Source of the DNA: Acidobacteriota bacterium
Lineage (GTDB): Bacteria; Acidobacteriota; UBA6911; RPQK01; JAJDTT01
Assembly: GCA_965219005.1 (NCBI GenBank)
Contig: CBDCMS010000004.1
Location: 1,146,449-1,210,448, forward strand
Length of the DNA stretch: 64,000 nt
Direction of reading: 5' to 3'
Each line of letters opens with the position of its first letter. Within the stretch, counting starts at the first letter, position 1. Position numbers and translations under genes: made by a program. The notes below the pieces were generated by a model. The model did not search any database. It saw only the letters and a program-made list of their open reading frames with translations, and was not told the DNA's origin. Below are positions 18,169-29,000 of the stretch, piece by piece.

Positions 18169-21100
18169 CCAATGATCGCTCTGCTCCTGCTCATCAATCT
18201 GTTGTGTCTCCAGGCACCGGCTTCAGGCCAGAACCTGTGGGCTTCTGTTGGAGGACGGATCACGAACGCCCAACAGGTGCCGGTGGCGAAAGCGATGGTC
18301 ACCCTCAGCCAGGAAGCGACGAACCGGACTCGCGCGATGATAAGCGGCTCCCGGGGCAGGGTCTTCTTCTCGCTTCTTCCACCTGGATCGTACCGAATGA
18401 CCGTGGAGTTGCAGGGCTTCAGGAAGCACGTGGAGCGATTCGATCTCAGAGTGAATCAGCGCGCATACCTTGAGGTTCAGCTACAGGAGGGGAATCTGGA
18501 CGAAGCGGTCGTGGTGGTGGCGGAGAGGGCTAGTTTACAGCGAGATACTGCGGCTCTCGGGACGGTGATCGAGAACCACCAGATCACGGGATTGCCTCTC
18601 GATGGGCGAAATTTCTATGAACTAAGTCTCTTGCTGCCGGGTTCCTCTCCGGCGGCACCCGGGTCGGCCGGCTCTGCCAGAGGAGATCTTGCGCTCAGTG
18701 TGAGTGGCTCCCGGGAAGATGCCAACAGCTTTCTGCTGGACGGGGTCTACAACATCGATCCCAAGCTCAACACCTTCGGTGTCAGTCCGCCGGTTGACGC
18801 CATCCAGGAGTTCGAGGTGCTCACCCATTCCTACGACGCATCGTTTGGACGCAGTGTCGGGGGGCAGATCAACGTCGTTCTGAAATCGGGAACCAACGAT
18901 GTTCACGGGACCGTCTACGGGTTCTTTCGAAACGCCGTTCTGGACGCGCGAAACTTCTTCGCACCTGTCGGAGAACCGGATCCGGAATACCGTCGCAACC
19001 AATTCGGAGGCTCGGTGGGAGGGGCCGTTGTAGCTGATCGGACCTTCTTTTTCGCCGACTATGAGGGGAGGCGTGTACGTCAGGGGATCACCCGAACGAC
19101 CACGGTGCCGACCCAACTGGAGCGCTCGGGAGACTTCTCCCAATCGGGCTTGCCTCCTAGAGATCCATTTACCGGTCAACCTTTCCCCGGAGCCAAGATC
19201 CCGGCGTCGCGGCTGCATCCTATCGGCTCTGCCCTGGCCGCGCTCTATCCGCTACCCAACCGCGGCACCTCAGCTCAGAACTTTGTCTCCTCACCGATTC
19301 TGCGGGATCGAGACGACCATTTCGATTTTCGAATAGACCACTCGCTGACCCAGTCTTCGGACTTGAGCCTGAGATACAGCTTCGCTGACAGGGATCTGTT
19401 CGAGCCTTTTTCAGGCACCCTTTTCTCGGCGGTTCCCGGCTATGGCACCGACGTCCCTCGCCGCGCACAGAACCTGATGCTGAGTGAGACCCACGTTTTC
19501 TCTGCGTCCCTGCTGAATCAGGTGCGGTTGGGATTCAATCGGGTAGCGGCAGGAGCCTTTCAAGAGAATCTCGGGAACAGTATCAATCAGAGCGTGGGCT
19601 TGCCCGAGCTTTCCGAGAATCCCAGAGATGTTGGCTTGAGCTTCATTTCAATCGGCGGTTTCTCACCCCTCGGAGACGAGTTCAACAACCCTCAGCACAG
19701 CGTCTCGAATCTGTTCCAGATCTCAGACCAGCTGACCTGGGTGCGGGGGGATCATCTGTTTCAGTTGGGGGCTGACTTTCACACGCTTCAGCAGAATGGT
19801 TATAGGGATGTTCAGTCACGCGGCTTCCTGAACTTTCTGGATCAGGCCTTTACCGGGAACGCGCTGGCGGACCTGCTCTTGGGTTTCCCAGCCCTGACCG
19901 GCGGCGCCAGCCTGGACAATCACCAGCATCTGCGGACGAAGAGCTACAACTTCTTTTTTCAAGACCAGTTCAGGGTTCGGTCGAATCTGTCTATCTCGGC
20001 AGGCATCCGCTACGAGTTCAACTCACCTCCGGTTGATGCGGAGGATCGGGCCAACGTCTACGATTTGGAGCGCCGGGAATTGGCTGGAGTGGGAACCAAC
20101 GGTGTTCCCCGCGGCGGCTACCAGTCCGATCGCAGCAACTGGGGACCGCGACTGGGTCTGGCTTGGTCGTTGGACAGCAGAGATGAGCGAGTCCTGCGGG
20201 CGGGGTACGGCGTTTACTTTGACCAGTCGGCTCTTGCCCCTGGGGAAGGGCTCTACTTCAATCCTCCATTCTTTGACTTCAAACTTTTCTTTTCTCTCCC
20301 TGGTTTGCCGTTGACGCTGGACGACCCGTTCCCGGCCTTCTTCCCGCTAAGTTTGCCTTCATCGGTCCTGGCATTTCAGCGCGATCTGCGGAGCGCCTAC
20401 GTGCAGCATTGGAGTCTCAGCCTGCAGCAAAGGCTGGGAGAGGCGCAGACGATGGAGCTAAGCTATGTAGGCTCCAAGGGAACCAAGCTGCTGACGGCCC
20501 GGGATATCAACCAGCCCGAGCCCTCTCCAGCGGAGTTCAACCTTCGACCTGACCCCCGATTCGCAGACATCAATCTGCTGGAATCCCGCGCTGGTTCGAC
20601 CTATCATGCGCTGCAAGTTAGGTTCCGCCGGACGCTGAGCTCTCAGTTTTCGTTCCTGGGTTCCTATACCTGGTCCAAGTCGCTGGACGACGCTTCCAAC
20701 TTCTTCAGCAGCGCAGGGGATCCCAATTTCCCCCAGGATAGCTTCGACGTCAGGGCGGAGAAGGGTCGTTCCAACTTCGATTTGAGACACCGATTGTCCC
20801 TGAGCTACTCCTACCAACTCCCAGTCGGCAGAGGCCACGCTTTTCTGGGGAGTCATGGCTGGCTCTCCAGTTTCCTGGCAGATTGGCAGACCTTCGGGAT
20901 CCTGACCTTTCAGACTGGACGCCCCTTTACCGTGGCCCTGCTCTCCGAGATCGACAACAGCAACACGGGAAGGTCGATTCTAGGTTTCGGCGCCAACGAT
21001 CGACCCCATCGACTCGCAGATGGCCGCGTCGACCGGCCGACGCCGGAGCGCTGGTTCGAAGTCGGGGCCTTCAGCTTTCCAAGCTTCGGAAGTTTCGGCA

Positions 21101-21336
21101 ACTCAGGGAGGAATATCCTGGACGGTCCCGGTTTTCAAAGTATCAACCTCTCGCTAGTGAAGAACGCCCAGCTGGACGAAAACGTGACGCTGCAGCTCCG
21201 ACTGGAGTCCTTCAATCTTTTCAATCGCTCCAATTTCGACCTGCCCGATATCTTCATGGGATCCCCCACCTTCGGCAGGGTCCTATCGGCCCAGGATCCC
21301 CGCCGCATCCAGTTGGGCGTGAAATTCCTGTTTTAG
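18169..21336 (+). CDS. TonB-dependent outer-membrane receptor with an N-terminal carboxypeptidase-regulatory-like domain
   Basis: Signal peptide MIALLLLINLLCLQAPASG, a CarbopepD_reg-like domain (ITNAQQVPVAKAMVTL...LPPGSYRMTVE), a plug domain, a long beta-barrel, and a C-terminal aromatic residue (KFLF). The ORF starts at 18061, and I picked the Met at 18169 as the likely start. Confidence 0.8.
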   Translation, partial: PMIALLLLINLLCLQAPASGQNLWASVGGRITNAQQVPVAKAMVTLSQEATNRTRAMISGSRGRVFFSLLPPGSYRMTVELQGFRKHVERFDLRVNQRAYLEVQLQEGNLDEAVVVVAERASLQRDTAALGTVIENHQITGLPLDGRNFYELSLLLPGSSPAAPGSAGSARGDLALSVSGSREDANSFLLDGVYNIDPKLNTFGVSPPVDAIQEFEVLTHSYDASFGRSVGGQINVVLKSGTNDVHGTVYGFFRNAVLDARNFFAPVGEPDPEYRRNQFGGSVGGAVVADRTFFFADYEGRRVRQGITRTTTVPTQLERSGDFSQSGLPPRDPFTGQPFPGAKIPASRLHPIGSALAALYPLPNRGTSAQNFVSSPILRDRDDHFDFRIDHSLTQSSDLSLRYSFADRDLFEPFSGTLFSAVPGYGTDVPRRAQNLMLSETHVFSASLLNQVRLGFNRVAAGAFQENLGNSINQSVGLPELSENPRDVGLSFISIGGFSPLGDEFNNPQHSVSNLFQISDQLTWVRGDHLFQLGADFHTLQQNGYRDVQSRGFLNFLDQAFTGNALADLLLGFPALTGGASLDNHQHLRTKSYNFFFQDQFRVRSNLSISAGIRYEFNSPPVDAEDRANVYDLERRELAGVGTNGVPRGGYQSDRSNWGPRLGLAWSLDSRDERVLRAGYGVYFDQSALAPGEGLYFNPPFFDFKLFFSLPGLPLTLDDPFPAFFPLSLPSSVLAFQRDLRSAYVQHWSLSLQQRLGEAQTMELSYVGSKGTKLLTARDINQPEPSPAEFNLRPDPRFADINLLESRAGSTYHALQVRFRRTLSSQFSFLGSYTWSKSLDDASNFFSSAGDPNFPQDSFDVRAEKGRSNFDLRHRLSLSYSYQLPVGRGHAFLGSHGWLSSFLADWQTFGILTFQTGRPFTVALLSEIDNSNTGRSILGFGANDRPHRLADGRVDRPTPERWFEVGAFSFPSFGSFGNSGRNILDGPGFQSINLSLVKNAQLDENVTLQLRLESFNLFNRSNFDLPDIFMGSPTFGRVLSAQDPRRIQLGVKFLF

Positions 21337-21365
21337 TGCTTCTGGGTCCTCTTGGCGAATCTAAC

Positions 21366-21640
21366 CTGAAACTTGAATAGCGAGCAGTACCAGAACCGCC
21401 GGGGCCAACGGAGCCGCGAGCGACTTGACGTGTCTGCAAGGTGGACCCCATTTTCGAGGAGCGACCGGTCAGCAGCACCTTTTTCCGCTTGTTGAGCCAG
21501 AGGTTTCCTTCTGGAATGATCCGATTCGCGCGTAGGGGGCATTGGGCTTGCGGCTGAGAATCGTGCTGTTGTCTACCGCTTTCTCCTCGGAACTTGACCC
21601 CATTCTACAGACCCTGACAGTCGCGCGCGGCTCTGTTGAT
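21366..21640. repeat. Inverted pair of family-X repeats forming a ~275-bp imperfect palindrome between convergent genes
   Basis: 21366-21478 is the reverse complement of the X consensus, with an internal deletion. 21563-21640 is X in forward orientation. The two arms are separated by about 85 bp. Confidence 0.65.
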
Positions 21641-21697
21641 CTCGCTGACAAAATACTGATTGAGATGAAGACAGACAAAGTTTCTTCAACGACGAGA

Positions 21698-22258
21698 TCA
21701 GCAGCTGGCGGGCAACCGTTTTCGGCTCAGACCAATTCGGTAGACGTAGAAAGTGCAGAGAATCAGTGGGATCACCGCCAACACGAAGGCATAAGCAAAG
21801 GGCTGTGCCGCCAGCGTGGACACGGTTGCCAAGGCGGCGCCCAGAGAAAGTTTGTTTTCCAGAGCACCACGAGCGACTTCATCGATACCAAAGCCACCGC
21901 TGCTGCCACCAGGAACGAATTGAGAGCGAAGTAGAGGAGACTGCAGACCAGCGCCTTTACGACCACCGAGACCCAAGGTCTCCTCTTGCCAGAGCATTCC
22001 TCCCTGGAGCTGATCGAAGAGTCTACCCGCGGCGAAAGTAGCCACTGCCAACTGGGCCATATTGAAAAGATACTTATAGAGTCTCTTGATCCTGACTCGG
22101 GCGCTGCTGATCGTCCCCTCTATGAGGGCGATTGCCACTGCGACGTGAGGCCCGAAGAGAAAGAGGCCCGCAAAGATGCAGAAGTCGCTGATGCTGATGG
22201 ACAGCGAGCCCTTTTTGCATCGGACCAGGGGGATCTTCAACGCAAAACTGCCGGTCAC
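21698..22258 (-). CDS. Hypothetical polytopic membrane protein (186 aa)
   Basis: An ORF with 4-5 predicted hydrophobic helices. No family recognised. Confidence 0.35.
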   Translation of the reverse strand: MTGSFALKIPLVRCKKGSLSISISDFCIFAGLFLFGPHVAVAIALIEGTISSARVRIKRLYKYLFNMAQLAVATFAAGRLFDQLQGGMLWQEETLGLGGRKGAGLQSPLLRSQFVPGGSSGGFGIDEVARGALENKLSLGAALATVSTLAAQPFAYAFVLAVIPLILCTFYVYRIGLSRKRLPASC

Positions 22259-22483
22259 GACAGTCAGACCTGCAAGGTAGAGCCACTGCCAGGAGGTACA
22301 GCTATGATCTGAGAAAAGCAGTGCAGCGCGATTCCAAATCCCGTGGCCATGACGGCCAGGATGTACACCCTGGCGTGCACCGGTAGGGCATCCTTGAAGA
22401 ATAGTCTGCTGCTTTTCTTCATTTCTGTTGTGTTGCGGTTCTTCATTCTTTTCACGCTCAGCGATGCTGATCGCTTCAACGCT

Positions 22484-24376
22484 CTAGCGCTGGTTGAGCC
22501 CCGCCGGATCCCCTCTCAGAGTAGAGTCCGACCAGAGGATGGAATCCGACCACAAGATCGAGTCCGACCACAGGATACTATCCGACCAGAGGATGGAATC
22601 CGACCATAAGATCGAGTCCGACCACAAGATCGAGTCCGACCACAAGATCGAATCGGACCACATGATGCTGTCCGACCACAGAATGCTATCCGGAGCAAAG
22701 AGCCCGTCGGACCAGAGGATCGAATCCGACCAGAGGATCGAATCGGACCACAACCTTCCGTCTCCCCAGAGGCCCATCTGCTTCGAGTCGATCTGGGACG
22801 TGAACACGATCCGGTCGGCAAAAGCAAAGGCTCCACCTGCCCACACCTTCTCGTCGCCCAGGAACCAGAAGGGACGAACCCCCTTGCGAAGTTTCCGACT
22901 GCTCACGTTGATCTGTTTCGCCACCTGCACGGAGGTCAAGGCGTTGACCAGACCGTTGCCCTGTTCCAGCATATGAGGCTGCGTCAGTTTGACGGCGCTG
23001 GCCAGTAGAATGGCCTTTACCAGCCTGGGGGTGAGCTTCTTGTTTGCACTTAGCATGAGCGCTACCGTGCCGCTCACGTAACCGGTTGCCATGCTGGAAC
23101 CGCTCAAAGCCGTGTGGGTGGCGTCGATCCTTAGCTCTGGATAGTGCCGATCGATGTAGCTTTCCGGTGCCAGAAATGAGGCGATTGCGTTACCCGGTGC
23201 GCAGAGATCGGGTTTGAACAGTCCGTCGATGTAGGTAGCGCCGCGCGATCCGTAGCTGGTGGCGACGTCGTCCGAGTGGGTTGCGGTTGCCATGATATTC
23301 AGGGGCGCAACCGTGATCACTGCCGGGTCGTTTCCGGGACTGGTGATACCTCCCCAGATCTTTGGGTGTGCACTCGTTTTTCCCAGGTTTCCGGCGGAAA
23401 CCACGGTCACGATTCCGGCGTGCACCATCCGCTCGACTGCCTGGCACAACGGATCCTGCTTGTAGGACTCGACCGGAGGGTGACCCAGAGCAAGATTGGC
23501 TACCTTGATCTTGTACTTTTTCCTGTTTCGGATGGTCCAGTCGATGGCTTTGAGCAGGTTGCTGGTCAGCCCCGCTCCTTCGGGGCCCACCACCTTCAAG
23601 ACGACCAGTTTCGCCCGGGGAGCGACTCCCCGATACCTGCCCCTGTGTTTACGGCCGTCGCCGGCGATGATGCCGGCCATATGGGTTCCGTGTCCGTAGC
23701 CGTCTTCGGTAGCCGTCCCATTCTTGTCGGGCTTACTATCGATAGGAGCCTTGTCGGTCGTCCCTACGCTGATGATACTGTCGGTCAGTTTCGCTGGTCC
23801 TCCCTGGGTGAAATCCACGGCAACTTTGATCCAGGAACGACCCCTCATGTCCGGATGCTTGGCGACGCCCGAGTCAAAGACGGCGACCGTAACTCCAGAT
23901 CCCTTGAATTTGGCGTCATGTACGTGGTCGGCGCCGATCGCGCTCAGCGCGACCGGGGCGAAGGAGATCTGCTTAGGTGCTTGCCCTTTGTGAGTGGGAT
24001 GGATAACCGCATCCAGCGTGACGTACTCCACCAGGGGCGATCTCAGGACCTGATCTATCTGCTGACCTGTTAGCCGAGCGGTATATCCGTTGACCCCTGA
24101 GATGAGGTTGTCGACGCTCTGCCCACGCTGCCTTTGCAGCGACTGAGTGCGGGCAAAGAAGTCCGGTTTTACCTGGACGATGACCGGGATGGGATAGCCG
24201 TAGTGGGGATTGCTTAGAATGAAGTCCACTTCCTGTCTGAGCATCGGGGAGACTTTCCCAGAAGACTCTGATCCAGGACCTCTTTCCGCAACGGAGAATG
24301 CGAAGAAAAGAGGGAGACCGAGAACGGCTAGAATCAGTTTCGAAGCGAATCGGTGCCTACCTAGATGCTGTTTCAT
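22484..24376 (-). CDS. S8 family serine peptidase (subtilisin-like), secreted, with a C-terminal (ILWSDS)n hexapeptide tandem-repeat tail
   Basis: Signal peptide, Asp box (VAVFDSGV), His box (GHGTHMAGIIAG) and Ser box (GSSMATGYVSGTVALM). The ORF extends to 24415, and I picked the Met at 24376 (MKQHLG) as the likely start. Confidence 0.85.
   Translation of the reverse strand: MKQHLGRHRFASKLILAVLGLPLFFAFSVAERGPGSESSGKVSPMLRQEVDFILSNPHYGYPIPVIVQVKPDFFARTQSLQRQRGQSVDNLISGVNGYTARLTGQQIDQVLRSPLVEYVTLDAVIHPTHKGQAPKQISFAPVALSAIGADHVHDAKFKGSGVTVAVFDSGVAKHPDMRGRSWIKVAVDFTQGGPAKLTDSIISVGTTDKAPIDSKPDKNGTATEDGYGHGTHMAGIIAGDGRKHRGRYRGVAPRAKLVVLKVVGPEGAGLTSNLLKAIDWTIRNRKKYKIKVANLALGHPPVESYKQDPLCQAVERMVHAGIVTVVSAGNLGKTSAHPKIWGGITSPGNDPAVITVAPLNIMATATHSDDVATSYGSRGATYIDGLFKPDLCAPGNAIASFLAPESYIDRHYPELRIDATHTALSGSSMATGYVSGTVALMLSANKKLTPRLVKAILLASAVKLTQPHMLEQGNGLVNALTSVQVAKQINVSSRKLRKGVRPFWFLGDEKVWAGGAFAFADRIVFTSQIDSKQMGLWGDGRLWSDSILWSDSILWSDGLFAPDSILWSDSIMWSDSILWSDSILWSDSILWSDSILWSDSILWSDSILWSDSILWSDSTLRGDPAGLNQR
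22510..22790. repeat. 18-bp tandem repeat (about 15 copies) encoding the ILWSDS hexapeptide within the 3' end of the S8 peptidase gene
   Basis: Visible as GAATCCGACCACAAGATC / GAGTCCGACCACAAGATC units. The protein tail reads ...LWSDSILWSDSILWSDSILWSDSIL... Confidence 0.85.
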
Positions 24377-24640
24377 CACAAAACCTTTCTGGTTTCGCGA
24401 ATCCAGCTTCGGCAACTGATCGACCTTATTGCGAGGGCAACGTAGGTCTCAGCTTTGCGCCCCGAGGCTTTCGCACGGGTGGCCCTTTCGGCGTGGCTGC
24501 GAAGACTACGCTGTCAGCAAAAAGCTCTATTTGATGTTCTGAAAACTAACTTCCTCACAATGGGTCTTTTCGGACGGTTCGACCGAAAACTTTAGGGGCA
24601 GTTTCCAAAGTGCGATGCGGCTGGTTGGACCCCATTCGTA

Positions 24641-24718
24641 GGGGTGGCCTCCAGGCCGCCCATCTCGAGCCAAAGGCTCGAAGGAAGAAAAGACGGCGGC
24701 GCGGAGGCCACCGCCACG
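24641..24718. repeat. REP-like GC-rich hairpin repeat (GGTGGCCTCCAGGCCGCC ... GGCGGCGCGGAGGCCACCGCCACG)
   Basis: Related palindromes lie at 51790-51866 and 58691-58770. Confidence 0.6.
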
Positions 24719-24836
24719 TCCCTCGTCCGAGGTTTCTTTAATGAACGATCCGGCGCAGTCGGGGGCGTGGCTAACCAGGAACTCATTCCACCGTTCCTTA
24801 ATGGACGCGAGGTAGTCTGCCGATCCAGATTGCAAG

Positions 24837-25508
24837 ATGCATAGCGCAGAAAGTGAGATAGCGGATCCACTGCTCGAATGCTGTAGGAAGAAAGCCCCGG
24901 TGACGATTATGTCCACCATGGGGGTCTTCCAGGGTGAGTTTGTGGCTGTCTCTTCCGGTGACGTCCTTATTGATCTCTTCCAGGGCGAAGAGGAACAGAT
25001 CTGTCGCCCGCTGTCGAGATGCTGCGTTGTTTTCAGCCAACAGAATCAAAGCAAGGTTTTCCTGGCCACGGTGAAGGACTGTATCAAGCCGGAAGCCTCG
25101 GCTCGTCCGCTGGTGGTTTTGTCAAGGGTTTCAGACATAGCCACGGGGGAGAGCAGAGCAGCCTGGCGTGTGCCCCTTCGTCGTGACAATGAGTTGTCCG
25201 TTCGCGTTGTCGATGAGGACAAGAGAGTCTGGCACCCTGAAGCCGTGGACATCAGTTTAACGGGGATTCTGATCAGGTTTCACAAGGACGACGTTCCCGA
25301 CCTCGATGTAGGTGCCTGGGTCGCTCTGGAGTTACGGCTGAACCAACACGAGGTAAAGCTTCCAGCTGACATACGGCGTCGGGATGGACGACTGTACGGC
25401 CTCTTCTTCCCCTACGATTTACACGGGGGGGAGATTACTTCGTCCAACACGCTGCGCCAGGTCGTCAATGAGCTTGAGAGGCAGTGGCTTGGCCGGCATA
25501 TAAGGTGA
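24837..25508 (+). CDS. PilZ-domain c-di-GMP binding protein (YcgR-like, with an N-terminal PilZN-like region)
   Basis: RVPLRR (RxxxR) followed 25 aa later by DISLTG (DxSxxG). 223 aa as called, and the true start may be the Met at 24909. Confidence 0.6.
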   Translation: MHSAESEIADPLLECCRKKAPVTIMSTMGVFQGEFVAVSSGDVLIDLFQGEEEQICRPLSRCCVVFSQQNQSKVFLATVKDCIKPEASARPLVVLSRVSDIATGESRAAWRVPLRRDNELSVRVVDEDKRVWHPEAVDISLTGILIRFHKDDVPDLDVGAWVALELRLNQHEVKLPADIRRRDGRLYGLFFPYDLHGGEITSSNTLRQVVNELERQWLGRHIR

Positions 25509-26074
25509 CTTGTCCACGACCGGCGCTGGGCCTCAGGAAGCGAGCCTTCCAATTGATTCCGAACCTCGACAGAGCGCACCAGACCTCGCGCGCGGACCTT
25601 CCACCGATCCTGCCGGCTGACATTCTGTGCTTCTCAATCCAGACTCGGATGAGCTCTTGCCTCCCGGATCTCATCGATCCGACAAAAAACGCTTCTTTTA
25701 GTACCAGTTAACCACAGTTCGTGAGCTAAAGATCCACCCGGAAACATCCGATAAGTCGGAGGAGGCTAGGGGGAAATACTGCCCGGATGGAGAGGTGTGG
25801 GACGACTCAGACTACCTGAAACGGGCTCTGTTCGACCTATACCTACACTGAGGGTGGATGTGGATGATCGGCCTCCAAGCCTTCACTGCCGAAGGCTATC
25901 CGCAAACGAGCTGTGTGGCGGCTTGGCCGAAGTGTGGGAGCGAAACGCTTGATTGATCGACGCTCCAACAAGAAGCCAGTAGGTGTGACTGTGGCAATAC
26001 CCGTAGGTCGAAGCCCAGTACATCTCGAAAGTCAGTTCAGGCCAGGACCAGCACGCCACTCTCGGATCGACCCT

Positions 26075-29000
26075 ATGACCCTCGCAGCTCTTGGCAGATT
26101 AAAGATCCTACCGATTTTCTTTATGTTTGCCATTCTATGCTCGGCTCCCGCCGCTGCTGCGACCTTGAATTCCGTCCAGTCCGGCACCACCACCATAACG
26201 GGGGGCTCAAAGACCGTCACGATCACCTCCGTCGATACCAGCAAGGCATTCCTCGTCTTTTCCACCCGCCAAAACGAGGAAGAACCCGATGAAGTGCAGA
26301 TCTCGGGGCAGATCACGAACGCAACGACTCTTACTTTCGACCGGGCTGCCGACGAAAAAACTATCAATGTCACCTGGTATGTAGCCGAGTTCACGAGCGG
26401 GGTCTCGGTCCAGCGCGGTCGGGACACCGTCTCCTCAAGTACTGTCAATGTCAGCCTCACCAGCGTAGATACTTCGAAAAGCTTTGCTCTAATTTCGCTC
26501 GAGTCGGCGGTCAATGACAACAGCTATAGCGCCGATAATTTTGTCAGGGCCAAGATCACGAGCAGCACCAACCTCCAATTGCAGGCCGTCACTCCAAACG
26601 CCAGTCTTGCCGTCGAGTGGCAGGTGGTGGAGTTCACGGATTCTAGTGTTCAAACCGGAGATGTCGAGTTTCAAACAGGGGATTCCTCAAAGACCTACAC
26701 CCTCACCGGTGTGGACACGACTAAATCCTGGTTGATCTACACCTACAAGAGTCAAGATGGGACCAGTACCGACATCGGCCAGAAAATGGTCCGCGGTCAG
26801 ATTACGAATGCTACGACCCTCACCTTTGACCGCGACAACACTGGCCAGACCATAGATCTGTCGTGGTTTCTTGTCGAATTCACCGATGGAACCATTGTCC
26901 AGCACAATTCGGAACCCTTCTCCACCAGCGAAACACAGAATGACGTGACGATTACCGCAATCGATACCAGCCGTGCGATTGCGGTGGGCGGTAACTTCCT
27001 CAAAGGTGGAAAGACTCCCAATACGACTTTGGGGGATCCCAGCCCTGCTTGGTTCACTTTGGATTTGACCAGTACCACGAACTTGCGGATGACGCGTGGA
27101 GCCACTCAAACTTCCACCGCAGACGTGGGCTGGTTTGTCATCGATTTCTTGGGTGATGTCCCGGGGTCTACGGTTACCGAGAGTGGCGGTTATACACAAG
27201 TTGACGAGTCTGGGACTACCGATACTTTCACGGTGGTGTTGGATGTACAGCCGGCTACCGACGTAGTGCTCCTGGTCTCGAGCGGCGATACCGGCGAGGC
27301 GACGGTGGACAAGTCCTCTCTGACCTTCACCAACGCCAATTGGACCACGGCCCAGACCGTGACCGTTACGGGCGTCGACGATGTCCCGCAAGACGGGCAT
27401 CAAAACTTCAACGTGACATTGAGCGTCGACGATGCCAACTCGGACGATGCCTATGACCCGGTGGCCGATCAAACTGTCAGCGTCTGGACCACCGACGACG
27501 ACCTGGGACCCGTCCAGCTGAATTCCGTCCAGTCCGGCACCACCACCCTGACGGGGACCTCGCAGACTGCCGCGATCACCTCTGTCGATACCAGCAAGGC
27601 CTTTCTCGTCTTTGGGGTCAACGTCAACGAGAATGAACCAACAAAGGCTCAGATCTCGGGGCAAATCACGAATTCGACGACCCTGACATTTGCACGAATC
27701 GCTACCGGAAATACTGTCACGATCACCTGGCAGGTCGTCGAGTTTGCCAGCGGAGTATCCGTACAGCGGGGCGCCGCCGATATCTCGGGAACCGGGTATC
27801 CGGCCAACGCCACTCTGGTGGCGGTTAACATTGCCAAGAGCTTCCCAATCATCAGCCATCGAACCGACGGCAGCTCGTTCGACGCCAATGATTTCTGGAA
27901 GGCGAAGATCACCTCCCCCACGAATCTAGAGATGGATGCCGACAACGATCCAGATGTGGGCTTTATCGAATGGCAAGTGGTCGAGTATTCCGACGCCAGT
28001 GTCCAGCAGGGAGACCTATCCTTTGCCTCGGGAGACGCCTCGAAAACCGACACCGTAACCAGTGTGGATACTTCCAAGTCCTGGCTCATCTACAGCTACG
28101 ATACGCTAACTGGCACGATCGCGGACATTGGTCAGAAGCTGATCCGTGGGCGCCTGACCAATTCCACGACTCTCACCTTCGACCGGAACAACACGGGAGT
28201 CACTGCTGACCTTTCCTGGTATCTGGTCGAGTTCTCCGACTTAACGACAACCCAGCACGGCTCCCAGAGTTTCACTACCGGCGAGACCCAGAAGAACGTC
28301 ACCATCAGCAGCGTGGAGACGGCGGAATCCATCGCGGCAGGTGGCTACTATGCCCGGGGAGGCAGGTCCTCCTACAGCGGAGACGACAATCCCGGTGTAG
28401 GCTGGTTTACGTTAGATCTCACCAGCTCGACCAACCTCCAGATCGACCGGGAGCTCACGGGGTCGGCCACTGCCGACCTGGGCTGGTTTGTGGTCGAGTT
28501 CAACCAGGCGTCCTTCACGGTGACCGAGTCGGGTGGCTCCACGTCGGTCGCCGAGCCGGGGACTACAGATACGTTCACGGTTGTCCTCGACGAGAAACCA
28601 AACTCCAACGTGGTCTTCAACGTGAGCAGCGGAGACACCGGTGAGGCGACGGTCAATGTCAGTTCGCTGACGTTCACGACGGCCAACTGGAGCACGGCGC
28701 AGACCGTAACGGTTACGGGAGTCGATGACGACATCATCGATGGGAACCAGAATACGACCCTGACCATCAGCGTGGACGATGCCAACTCGGATGACTACTT
28801 CGATCCCCTGGCCGACCAGACCGTGAGTGCGACGACGACCGATGATGATGTGGCCGGCTTCACGGTAGTCGAGTCAGGCGGCTCCACGACGGTGGCGGAG
28901 TCCGGAACGACGGACACCTTCACGGCGGTGCTGGATGCCGAACCCGATTCCAACGTCGTGATCACGGTCGCGAGCGCGGACACGGGAGAGGCGACGGTCA

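Noticed and set aside
24415-24837. Possible small ORFs (24210..24419, 24298..24534, 24527..24919) in the protease/PilZ divergent intergenic region
   Set aside because: They overlap each other and the REP-like hairpin. They are more plausibly regulatory DNA than genes.
25484-25711. 75-aa ORF in the 567-bp gap between the PilZ gene and the giant gene
   Set aside because: There is no RBS or start context and it has low-complexity composition. The region is more likely the long 5' leader or promoter of the giant gene.
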